A DNA stretch of 64,000 bases from NCBI GenBank assembly GCA_963847625.1, contig CAWKAR010000025.1, positions 32,001 through 96,000 on the forward strand. The letters run 5' to 3'. The DNA comes from a candidate division FCPU426 bacterium. GTDB taxonomy: Bacteria; Oederibacteriota; Muellerivitia; Muellerivitales; Muellerivitaceae. Shown here one piece after another: positions 19,309-27,770 of the stretch; position 1 is the first letter of the stretch; each line of letters begins with the position of its first letter. The notes below the pieces were generated by a model that worked only from the letters and a program-made list of their open reading frames with translations, was not told the DNA's origin and did not search any database. Position numbers and translations under genes: made by a program.

Positions 19309-20180
19309 TCGCCTTTCTCCAGCAACGATTTCAAGTATTGGCCGTAATCGCTTTTTCCCAAGGCCGCCGCTTGCCGTTTTATGTCCGCCTCGCCGATCAA
19401 ACCCAGCCGGAAAGCCACTTCCTCGGGACAGCAAACCATTAAACCCTGCCGTTCCTCGAGGGCCTGGATGAACAGACTGGCTTGAAGCATGGCATTGGGC
19501 GTCCCAGTGTCCAGCCATGCCACCCCTCGGCCCAGTTTTTCAACCCGCAATTCCCCTGATTTAAGGTATTCCTTGTTCAAGTCCGTGATTTCCAACTCTC
19601 CCCGTGCCGAAGGCTTGAGCCGGGCGGCCCGCTCAGGCGCGGATCCGTCGTAAAGGTAAAGCCCCGTCACGGCCCAGGGGGACGGGGCAATCGCGGGTTT
19701 TTCAAGGATGTCACGGATCTTTCCGGAAGAGTCGAATTCAATGACGCCGTAACGTTGGGGGTCCTTGACCTGGTAAGCGAAAACTGTGGCGCCCTTATCG
19801 GCTTTTTTTGCCGCGCCATTTAAATACTCAGGCAAACCTTGCCCATAGAACACGTTATCCCCCAAGGCCAAAGCGCAGGAATCCCCAGCCAAAAAATCCC
19901 GTCCTATCAAAAGAGCCTGGGAAATGCCCTTGGGTTCTGCCTGGACCGCCCAGATGAACTTGATCCCCAGCCAGGACCCGTCTCCCAGAAGACGCTGGAA
20001 ACCCGATTGGTCCTCGGGTGTAGTAATAATCATGATTTTTTTCACTCCGGTCCAAAGAAGCGTGGACAGGGGGTAATAGACCATGGGTTTGTCGTAAAGG
20101 GGCAGGAGTTGTTTGGAGACCCCCTTGGTGACGGGATGCAGGCGCGTCCCGGCTCCTCCCGCTAAAAGAATACCTTTCAT
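19305..20180 (-). CDS. rfbA: Glucose-1-phosphate thymidylyltransferase
   Basis: KGILLAGGAGTRLHP, SKQLLPLYDKPM, SARGELEITD, WLDTGT. Confidence 0.97.
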   Translation of the reverse strand: MKGILLAGGAGTRLHPVTKGVSKQLLPLYDKPMVYYPLSTLLWTGVKKIMIITTPEDQSGFQRLLGDGSWLGIKFIWAVQAEPKGISQALLIGRDFLAGDSCALALGDNVFYGQGLPEYLNGAAKKADKGATVFAYQVKDPQRYGVIEFDSSGKIRDILEKPAIAPSPWAVTGLYLYDGSAPERAARLKPSARGELEITDLNKEYLKSGELRVEKLGRGVAWLDTGTPNAMLQASLFIQALEERQGLMVCCPEEVAFRLGLIGEADIKRQAAALGKSDYGQYLKSLLEKGE

Positions 20181-21259
20181 TTCTTTCCTCCGATGGAAGT
20201 TTGCGTCAGGCCCAAACGTTCACGGTTGTAATTGTTTTTCTGCACGGCCGAGCACCAGTCCAAGTGATCCAAGTACCATTTCACGGTTTCCCGGAGACCC
20301 TGTTCCAGGGTCCGGCGGGGTTTCCAGCCCAGTTCCCTTTCAGCCAGGGAGGGGTCGATGGCGTAGCGCCGGTCGTGCCCCGGGCGGTCCTTCACGAATC
20401 GGATCAGGTCCTTGTAGCTTTTAGCTCCTTTTTCAACCAGGGAGCGGTTATTTTTCGCGGGCTTGATTTCCTCCAGGGTGGTTAACACGGTTCCCAGCAG
20501 TTCCAGGTTGGTGCGTTCCGACCTGGCCCCGAACAGGTAATGCGCCCCCAGCCTTCCCTTTAATAGCGCGGTCATGATGCCTTCACAGTGATCCTCCACG
20601 TGGATCCAATCCCTGACCTGCAGTCCATCGCCGTAAACAGGAAGTTCCTTGCCCTCCAGGGCGTTGAGAATCATAAGGGGAATCAGTTTTTCAGGGAACT
20701 GGTAGGGTCCGTAGTTGTTGGAGCAGTTGGTAATGATGACGGGGAACCCGTAGGTCTCATGGTAAGCTCGCGCCAGGTGGTCAGCCCCGGCCTTGCTGGC
20801 GGAATAGGGGGAATTGGGGGAATAGGGGCTTTTCTCGGTAAAGGCCCCCGTGAGCCCTAAGGCCCCAAAAACCTCGTCGGTGGAGATGAGGACAAACTTG
20901 AATCCTGGGGGCAACCCCGTCGCCCTTTTGCAGGCTTCCATCAACTCGAAGGTACCCATGATGTTGGTGATAAGGAAACGGGAGGGGTCGTCGATGGAGC
21001 GATCCACGTGGGTCTCGGCCGCGAAATGGACCACCGCGGAGGGTTTTTGTTTTTCCACCAATTCCCGGACCAATTTGCGGTCGGAGATATCGCCCTTGAT
21101 GAAAGTAAACCCGGGTTTGTTTCGAACGTCGTCCAAGGTGGTTTCGTTGCTGGCGTAGGTCAAAAGGTCCAGGACCAGCGCCTCGTGGCCGGCTTCCAAG
21201 GTTTTCCGGACGAAACAGGACCCGATGAATCCCGCGCCGCCCGTGATGAGAATTTTCAT
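20177..21259 (-). CDS. rfbB: dTDP-glucose 4,6-dehydratase
   Basis: ITGGAGFIGS, HFAAETHVDRSI, STDEV, PYSASKA, NNYGPYQFPEKLIP, DRPGHDRRYAID. Confidence 0.97.
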   Translation of the reverse strand: MKILITGGAGFIGSCFVRKTLEAGHEALVLDLLTYASNETTLDDVRNKPGFTFIKGDISDRKLVRELVEKQKPSAVVHFAAETHVDRSIDDPSRFLITNIMGTFELMEACKRATGLPPGFKFVLISTDEVFGALGLTGAFTEKSPYSPNSPYSASKAGADHLARAYHETYGFPVIITNCSNNYGPYQFPEKLIPLMILNALEGKELPVYGDGLQVRDWIHVEDHCEGIMTALLKGRLGAHYLFGARSERTNLELLGTVLTTLEEIKPAKNNRSLVEKGAKSYKDLIRFVKDRPGHDRRYAIDPSLAERELGWKPRRTLEQGLRETVKWYLDHLDWCSAVQKNNYNRERLGLTQTSIGGKK

Positions 21260-21328
21260 GTTCTTTCCCAATGACTCATATTCCAACTAGTTTATCAATA
21301 ACAGGCGGTTGAAAAACTAAAAATTGAT

Positions 21329-22198
21329 TCAAGAGCTTTTAAAGTAATTTTCCTCGGCCAAATAACGCTTCAGGGCTTCCCGCCAGGGAACCAGCGGGTG
21401 TCGGGAAACGGATCGAGCTTTGGATAAATCAAACCGGGAATTAGCTGGCCTCCTGGCCGGGCGTGGAAAACGGTCGCTGGTGACGGGCAGGACCTGACAG
21501 GACTTTATACCCATTTCATCCCGGATGGCGATGCTCAAACCGTGCCAGGATACGTAACCCTCGTTGGCGAAATGGTAGAGGCCCGCGGGCGGTTTGGTTT
21601 CCGCCAGATCCAGAAGAAAGATGGCCAAATCCTCCGTGCAAGTGGGCCCGCCCACCTGGTCGTCCACGACTTCCACGCGTTCCTTTTGGCGCAGGAGGCC
21701 GGCCATGGTCTTCACGAAATTCTTGCCGTTCGGGCCGTAAAGCCAGCTTGTCCTCACGATCCAACCAGGGTTTCCCGCCTCTTGGAATTTCCACTCCCCT
21801 TCCCATTTGGTCCGTCCATAGGCGTTGATGGGTTTGGGGATGTCGGTTTCTTTCCAGGGATTGGTCCCCTTACCATCGAAAACATAGTCGGTTGAAATAT
21901 GGATCATCCAACGGTTGGAATCCTTGGACAACTTGGCCATTTCCCCCACTGCGGGCCCGTTGATGCGAAAAGCCATGGGATATTGGACCGGGTCCTCGCA
22001 TGCGTCCACGTTCGTGAAGCCGGAACAATTGACCGTTCCCTCGAATTTCCCCGTCTTGTAAAAAGCTTCCAGGGCCTTGGGATGCATAAGGTCGAGTTGT
22101 TCCAAGGTGGGGGCAATTAATTCGTGTCCAGCCTTTCGGAATACTTCTTTCACCTTCGCCGCCAGCATTCCCGATTCCCCGATTAAAGCGATCTTCAT
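21329..22198 (-). CDS. rfbD: dTDP-4-dehydrorhamnose reductase
   Basis: HISTDYVFDG, P.N.YG.TK..GE, RTSWLYG, VVDDQ.G.PT, PARRP.NS. Confidence 0.95.
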   Translation of the reverse strand: MKIALIGESGMLAAKVKEVFRKAGHELIAPTLEQLDLMHPKALEAFYKTGKFEGTVNCSGFTNVDACEDPVQYPMAFRINGPAVGEMAKLSKDSNRWMIHISTDYVFDGKGTNPWKETDIPKPINAYGRTKWEGEWKFQEAGNPGWIVRTSWLYGPNGKNFVKTMAGLLRQKERVEVVDDQVGGPTCTEDLAIFLLDLAETKPPAGLYHFANEGYVSWHGLSIAIRDEMGIKSCQVLPVTSDRFPRPARRPANSRFDLSKARSVSRHPLVPWREALKRYLAEENYFKSS

Positions 22199-22632
22199 AC
22201 GGTTTTATGGCCTTTCCTGGAAATCCCGCCCTTGTTTTTCCGAGTCACTTCCCAGAATCCCCTCGGCGAAAGAATAACGGTTTTCTTGAACTTCTTCAAA
22301 ACTAATAAATCCTCGTCTCCAGAAATGATGTAATCCGCCCGGGAAGCCAAAGCCAAACCGAGTATGGGAAGGTCTTTCGGGTCGCGGCATGAATTCGAGG
22401 GAACCATTTGAGGGATTCCAAGAGTGCTGTTGGATTTTACATATTCCAAATTTTGCCCAGCCGATTCTTTTGACATCTTCACTTTTTTGATAAAGCCGGC
22501 CTGGATTTCATCCAACAGGTGTTCGCTAATGAAAACATCATGGTTTTCAATGCAAAGCTCATATAGATCGTTGCAAATTCCATGGGTCGCGAAAGCCGCG
22601 ATTAGGACATTCGCGTCTAAAATAATTTTCAC
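22195..22632 (-). CDS. PIN-domain putative toxin
   Basis: IILDANVLIAA ... CRDPKD..IL.LA....ADYIISGDEDLL: acidic PIN motifs. Confidence 0.9.
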   Translation of the reverse strand: MKIILDANVLIAAFATHGICNDLYELCIENHDVFISEHLLDEIQAGFIKKVKMSKESAGQNLEYVKSNSTLGIPQMVPSNSCRDPKDLPILGLALASRADYIISGDEDLLVLKKFKKTVILSPRGFWEVTRKNKGGISRKGHKTV

Positions 22633-22847
22633 TTCAAGGCCTTGAACACATCCTCATCGGTATAAAGCCCTTGGGCCTCGGCATAGGGGATCGTCTTATC
22701 CCGTAATTCTCGGAAGCGACGAATGGCCACATACCGGCGGAGGGATTCCCGGACCACGTCGCTAACGGAAACATGCTCATACTCGATAAGTTTTTGTAGT
22801 TCCGAGCCTAATTCTTTGGGTATGCGGATGGTGATGGTTTGTTTCAT
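22629..22847 (-). CDS. Ribbon-helix-helix (CopG-like) antitoxin
   Basis: MKQTITIRIPKEL...SVSDVVRESLRRY with AAGGAG RBS; 4-bp overlap with the PIN gene. Confidence 0.88.
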   Translation of the reverse strand: MKQTITIRIPKELGSELQKLIEYEHVSVSDVVRESLRRYVAIRRFRELRDKTIPYAEAQGLYTDEDVFKALK

Positions 22848-22856
22848 GGCGGCTCC

Positions 22857-22895
22857 TTTGTAATACAACGTATTACAAATACCATTCCATGTCAA
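22857..22895 (-). promoter_or_regulatory. TA promoter (-35 TTGACA) with perfect 10-bp inverted-repeat operator
   Basis: TTTGTAATAC-aac-GTATTACAAA at 22857-22879 next to the RBS; TTGACA on the minus strand at 22890-22895. Confidence 0.7.
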
Positions 22896-23012
22896 CCATA
22901 CCGCTTACCGCAGCGCCTACGGCGCAAAGCAATAGAACATTAGAAAATAGAAAGTGGATTTAAAGATATTGCGGTCAATTGCTCGATTGCTCAATTTCAA
23001 GGAATTACAGAT

Positions 23013-23830
23013 TTCCCGGCAAGCTTGCGGTGAGTTTATCGAACCCGTTCCCGCAGTTCACCGGGTTTACCGCCTTTACCGCCTTCGCCAGGTTTACCGC
23101 CTTTACCGCGCACTGCCCGGTTTACCGCCTTTACCGCCCACCGCCGGATTTACCGCCTTGACCGCGTGCCGCCCGGTTTACCGCCTTTACCGCACACCCC
23201 CAGATTTACCGCCTTTACCGCGTGCCGCCAGGTTTACCGCCTTTACCGCGCACTGCCCGGTTTACCGCCTGGCTTACCGCCTTACCGGCTTACCGCCTTA
23301 CTTACCGCTCTTACCGCTTATTGTTGGACTTACCGCTCAACTTACCGGCTTACCGCCCTACTTACCGGCTTACCGCCCCACTTACCGCCTTAACGGCTTA
23401 CCGCCCTACTTACCGCTCTTACCGCTTATTGTTGGACTTACCGCTCAACTTACCGGCTTACCGCCCCTTATCCCATGCCGGTAGGCGGCACTGCCCATGC
23501 CGGGGCGGTACGGCCCATGCCGGTAGCTGGCACAGCCCATGCCGGTAGGCGGTATCCTCACGCCGGTGGGACCCTCGAGTTCCCCTGGTTCCCGGCCAGC
23601 CTGCGGTGAGCGACCAACGGAAGTCGAACCCGTTCTCGAGTTATCGGGTTATCGGCTTGTTCTCGAATTCCCGGGTTCCCGGCTAGTTATCGGGTTATCG
23701 GCTAGTTCTCGGGTTATCGGCCAGTTCTCGAGTTCCCGGGTTCCCTGCTAGTTCTCAGGTTATCGGGTTCCCAACCGGTTCCCGGGTTATCGGGTTTTTG
23801 ACCAGTTCTCGGGTTCCCGGGTTATCGGCC
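23013..23830. repeat. Composite tandem-repeat array (28-bp, 8-bp, ~22-bp and 8-bp blocks, plus two REP-like hairpins)
   Basis: Read directly: G(G/A)TTTACCGCCTTTACCGC+N9 x7, CTTACCG(C/G)C runs, CCCATGCCGG units x4, GTT(A/C)(T/C)CGG runs. Confidence 0.95.
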
Positions 23831-24128
23831 TGAATAGCCGGCCTAGGGCCAGTAAGGGCTATCTGAGCGCCGTGCAGTTGGAAAATAGCCTCCCGAAAGA
23901 CCCGGAACTGGTGGATCGTGCGGCTTTCTACAGGGAAGCTTGCGGGAATATCGAAAAAGCGGTACAAGGAGGTGGAACGCCCAAAAAGAGGAAACACCCA
24001 GAACATCAGGCCATTTACAAGACGCTAGAAAAAACCAAGCTGCTCAACATTTTGAAGGGTGGAAAAACTTGTCATGCTAAGCAAAAATTTTAGGAAGATA
24101 TTTTGTAAACACTACACATTTAAACTCT

Positions 24129-25183
24129 CCCGAGTTCCATAAGTAAGTGCAACACTTAGTGTCTGAAGAAGGCCGCATGAATAGGATATGCGGCTATGAA
24201 AAAGAAATACAAGCATTTAAGCGTTGAAGAAAGAGATCATTTATCCGTCTTGAAAGGAAAGGGTCTTAGCCTTCGAGCAATTTCACGCGCCTTGAAGAGG
24301 TCTCCTTCCACCCTCTCCAGGGAACTCAAGCGCAATGCTCCCCCTATCCGTTCTGGTTATTATCTTTCTCATCGAGCCCATCAACGGTATGTTGACCGCA
24401 ACCAACAACGAGCACGCCGTTTACGCCTGAAAACAAAACGAATTCGTGCCTACGTCCGTCGTCAATTGAAACGAGGCTGGTCTCCAGAACTCATTTCAGG
24501 TCGATTAGGTCACCTACGGCCTAAGCAAACCATTGGTCCTGAAGCTATCTATCAGTGGGTTTATGCTGAAGCCACTGAGCTGATTCCTTGCCTAGTTCGA
24601 CACCACCGGCGACGATTCTCATTTGGCCATAGCCGTAAGCACGCCAAAAACCATATCCCAGGCCGTGTTTCCATCGATAAGCGCTCCGAGATCGCCAATC
24701 AACGCAAGCAATTCGGCCATTGGGAAACCGACACCATGGTCTCTCGTCAGAGTAAAGTTGCTATGCGGGCTCTCGTCGAGCGTCAAAGCCGTTTTTCCAA
24801 GTTGGGAAAGCTCAAACGAAAGACCGCTCGCCAAATGAGTCATAGCCTCAACCGCGCTTTATGCCGCTTCCCTCAAGACGCCCGCCTGAGTCTGACCTAT
24901 GACAACGGAACCGAAAACACCAACCACTTGGAAACCAACCACGTGCTTGGTACAAAATCCTTTTTCTGCGCCCCTTTCCACAGTTGGGAAAAAGGTACGG
25001 TGGAAAATACTATCGGTCTTGTCCGCCGCCATTTGCCTAAAAAGACTGATCTTGCTAAAGTGTCCTTCAAAGAATTCAGGACCATAGAAAGATGGCTCAA
25101 TAACAGGCCCAGGAAATGTTTGGGCTTTAAAACTCCGGCGGAAGTCTTCCGGCGAAGTGTTGCACTTACTCCGTGAATTCGGC
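24129..25183 (+). mobile_element. IS30-family insertion sequence, copy 1 (1055 bp)
   Basis: Imperfect terminal IRs CCCGAGTTCCATAAGTAAGTGCAACACTT / AAGTGTTGCACTTACTCCGTGAATTCGGC; 3-bp target duplication TCT. Confidence 0.96.
24196..25176 (+). CDS. IS30-family transposase
   Basis: YKHLS.EER HTH, WSPELI, GHWETDT, TYDNGTE, PFHSWEKGTVENT, LNNRPRKCLGFKTP. Confidence 0.96.
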   Translation: MKKKYKHLSVEERDHLSVLKGKGLSLRAISRALKRSPSTLSRELKRNAPPIRSGYYLSHRAHQRYVDRNQQRARRLRLKTKRIRAYVRRQLKRGWSPELISGRLGHLRPKQTIGPEAIYQWVYAEATELIPCLVRHHRRRFSFGHSRKHAKNHIPGRVSIDKRSEIANQRKQFGHWETDTMVSRQSKVAMRALVERQSRFSKLGKLKRKTARQMSHSLNRALCRFPQDARLSLTYDNGTENTNHLETNHVLGTKSFFCAPFHSWEKGTVENTIGLVRRHLPKKTDLAKVSFKEFRTIERWLNNRPRKCLGFKTPAEVFRRSVALTP

Positions 25184-25198
25184 TCTTTTAATAGCTGA

Positions 25199-26015
25199 TT
25201 TAATTTGTTGGGGTTTGACGTCCTGATATCAAATATTTTTTATTTTCTGGAGTAGAAAAAAATTCAGCCGGTTTTAATTTCAATTTATTTTTGTTCGGAA
25301 TTACAGTTTGAATGGCATTTTCGCTTCTGCCCCCTTTCCCGAAGGAATAAACCCCGAAATAATATTTATGGCCATTTTCGAGAAAACTTATAGTGACTTT
25401 ATTGTTAGCGATTATCCCCTTTAGATAAGTAATTAAATAAGGTTAAACCGCCGATCAAATCCGATGGACGCCGATAAGTTTGAAAACGCTTTGAACTATA
25501 AGCCGATATCGGCGTCAATCGGCCGTTATCGGCGGTTAAATGGTTTGACTATCGAATCTAATTTTCTTGTTTACTTATTTCAAAGGGATATTCGCCTTAT
25601 TGTTTAATATTGGTTTATGAATTCCTCTTTTATATTTGACTCCATCTGTTGAGATAAGAACCACATAACCAAGAGCCCTTGGCATAATATCCCACGTCAA
25701 TTGGGCCTTTCCATTTCCGGGTTCTATCTTGAAATTTGAAGGAGGATCAGGCTTTTGTTCAGAAATATATTTGTAATGAAAAGGATGAGTTTCGACTTTA
25801 TGGTTCTTGACGTTTTCCCTCTCTTCCTCCCCTGCCTGAGCATGTCCTGATTTAAAATTGTCATATTTTTCATGGAAGTATTTTTCCGCTTCCTCATCCG
25901 TCATAGTTGGAGTCGAAATTGGTTCGTCAGAAAATACATGCCGCGGAGAAACAACCAAAACCGCCAAGATAAATACAACTTTCAAAATATTTATCGCAAT
26001 TTCATTCAAGCGCAT
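25199..26015 (-). pseudogene. Secreted fibronectin type III domain protein, split
   Basis: ORF 25575-26015 has a signal peptide and the first half of an FN3 domain (PPSNF...AQLTW...GYVV). The second half (ANNKVTISFLENGHKYYFGVYSFGKGGRSE) lies beyond an inverted-repeat element, at about 25200-25412. Confidence 0.65.
25413..25590. mobile_element. MITE-like element (~178 bp) containing a nested palindrome
   Basis: Ends TATCCCCTTTAGATAAGTAA / TTACTTATTTCAAAGGGATA; internal palindrome AACCGCCGAT...ATCGGCGGTT at 25446-25537. Confidence 0.6.
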
Positions 26016-26187
26016 ACATTCCTCCTGATAATGTGGATTGGTTTTTCACAGTTCACAATAAATATTTCTAATTTTCTTTTTAAATTTTGTAGGGTGTAAC
26101 AATAATCTTTCCAAATTTATTGTGTAGCAGCGATGTAATTCCGCCCTTCAAGACGTGTAAAAAGGCCCGGCAGGGGGGATAAACAAA

Positions 26188-27663
26188 CTAACTACTTAAC
26201 TTTTTCCTCAAAACTTCGTTCACCATCTTGGGATTGGCCTTGCCTTGGGTGGCCTGCATCACCTTCCCCACCAGGAACCCGATAACTCCCTGCTTGCCAC
26301 CCTTGTAGTCGGCCACCACGTTGGGGTTATCGGCGAGGACCTTATCCACCGCCCCCTCGATGGCCTTGGGATCGGAGACCTGGGCCATGCCGCGCGATTT
26401 CACCACCTCGTTGGGCGAGATCCCGTTGTTGAAAAGCTCCTGGAACACTTCCTTGGCCTGCTTGCTGTTGATGGCCCCGGCCTCAACCAGCTCCACCAAC
26501 TCGCAAAGCTTTTTCTGGTCGAACTTCAGGTCCTTGAGTTCCTTCTCTTGCTCCTTCATCTGGGCGGCCATGTCCCCCATGATCCAGTTGGCCAATCCCT
26601 TGGGGCTTTTGGTCATCTTGGCCCCCGCCTCGAACCAGTTGGCCAGTTCCTTTTCCCCGGTCAAAACCCCGGCGTCGTAATCCGGCAGGCTGTATTGCGA
26701 GACAAACCTGGCCCTTTTGGCCCCTGGCAGTTCCGGGAGCTGTTCCTTGATCTTCTTGACGTAATTGTCGGACAACACGATGGGCACCTGGTCGGGTTCC
26801 GGGAAGTAGCGGTAATCGTGCGCCTCTTCCTTGGACCGCATGGGTTTGGTGCGGTTCTCGGTCCCATCCCATAGGCGGGACTCCTGCACCACCCTCTCGC
26901 CCTTTTCCAAAAGGGCGATCTGGCGCTTGATCTCGTAATCAATGGCCTGCTTGGCGAACTTGAAACTGTTCATGTTCTTGATCTCGGCCTTGGTGCCGAA
27001 TTCCTTGGCGCCTTTGGGCCTTACCGACACGTTGGCGTCGCAACGGAGGGAGCCTTCCTCCATATTGCAGTCCGAAACCTCGATATAAAGTAGGATGTTC
27101 TTGAGGGCCGTCAGGTAGGCGTGGGACTCCTCGGCGCTCCGAAGATCCGGCTCGGAAACGATCTCCACCAGGGGAATGCCCCCCCGGTTGTAATCGGCCA
27201 GGGAATAATCCGAGGAATCCAGCCGCCCAGCCTTACCGCCCGCGTGGATCAATTTGCCGGCGTCCTCTTCCAAATGGGCCCGCGTGATTCCGATCCTTTT
27301 TATTTGCCTCTCCTGCCCTGAGCCCGTCGAAGGGTTAGTCGTGATTTCCAGCCAGCCGCCGATGTTGAGGGGCTTGTCGTACTGGGAAATCTGGTAGGCC
27401 TTGGGCAGGTCGGGGTAATAGTAGTTCTTGCGGTCCATCTTGGCGAACTTGGAGAGGGTGCAGTTCAGGGCCTGGCCGATCTTGACCGCGAATTCCACGG
27501 CCTTTTCGTTCATGACCGGCAGGGTCCCAGGCAAGCCCAGGCACACCGGGCAGACCTGCGTGTTGGCTTCCTTGCCGAAAACGGTCGAACAGCCGCAAAA
27601 AAGCTTGGTAGCGGTCTTCAGTTCGACGTGGACCTCAAGTCCTATAACCGGCTCGTACTCCAT
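26188..27663 (-). CDS. gatB: Asp/Glu-tRNA amidotransferase subunit B
   Basis: YEPVIGLEVHVEL, RKNYYYPDLPKAYQISQ, HLEEDAGK, EEGSLRCDAN, DYRYFPEPD. Confidence 0.98.
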   Translation of the reverse strand: MEYEPVIGLEVHVELKTATKLFCGCSTVFGKEANTQVCPVCLGLPGTLPVMNEKAVEFAVKIGQALNCTLSKFAKMDRKNYYYPDLPKAYQISQYDKPLNIGGWLEITTNPSTGSGQERQIKRIGITRAHLEEDAGKLIHAGGKAGRLDSSDYSLADYNRGGIPLVEIVSEPDLRSAEESHAYLTALKNILLYIEVSDCNMEEGSLRCDANVSVRPKGAKEFGTKAEIKNMNSFKFAKQAIDYEIKRQIALLEKGERVVQESRLWDGTENRTKPMRSKEEAHDYRYFPEPDQVPIVLSDNYVKKIKEQLPELPGAKRARFVSQYSLPDYDAGVLTGEKELANWFEAGAKMTKSPKGLANWIMGDMAAQMKEQEKELKDLKFDQKKLCELVELVEAGAINSKQAKEVFQELFNNGISPNEVVKSRGMAQVSDPKAIEGAVDKVLADNPNVVADYKGGKQGVIGFLVGKVMQATQGKANPKMVNEVLRKKLSS

Positions 27664-27689
27664 AAAAACTCCAATGAACAATTAAAAAT

Positions 27690-27770
27690 TTATAATGAAT
27701 AACGGTTGAGATTTTCAATTCGAAGCGAATTGAAAATTACCGACATTTTTCATTATTCATTCTTCATTTC
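27690..27770. repeat. Intergenic hairpin flanked by heptamer repeats
   Basis: ATTTTCAATTCG-aag-CGAATTGAAAAT stem followed by TTCATTA/TTCATTC/TTCATTT repeats. Confidence 0.5.

Noticed and set aside
23064..23270. CRISPR array
   Set aside because: The variable parts are only 8-9 bp and recur, the repeat is not palindromic, and there are no cas genes in the window.
22954..23751. Plus-strand ORFs across the repeat array as real proteins
   Set aside because: Several frames are open simply because the repeat lacks plus-strand stops; the 28-bp and 8-bp periods are not multiples of 3 and the translations are frame-shifted versions of each other.
23872..24093. 73-aa ORF between the array and IS30 copy 1
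   Set aside because: No RBS or recognisable motif; may be a gene remnant but cannot be supported.
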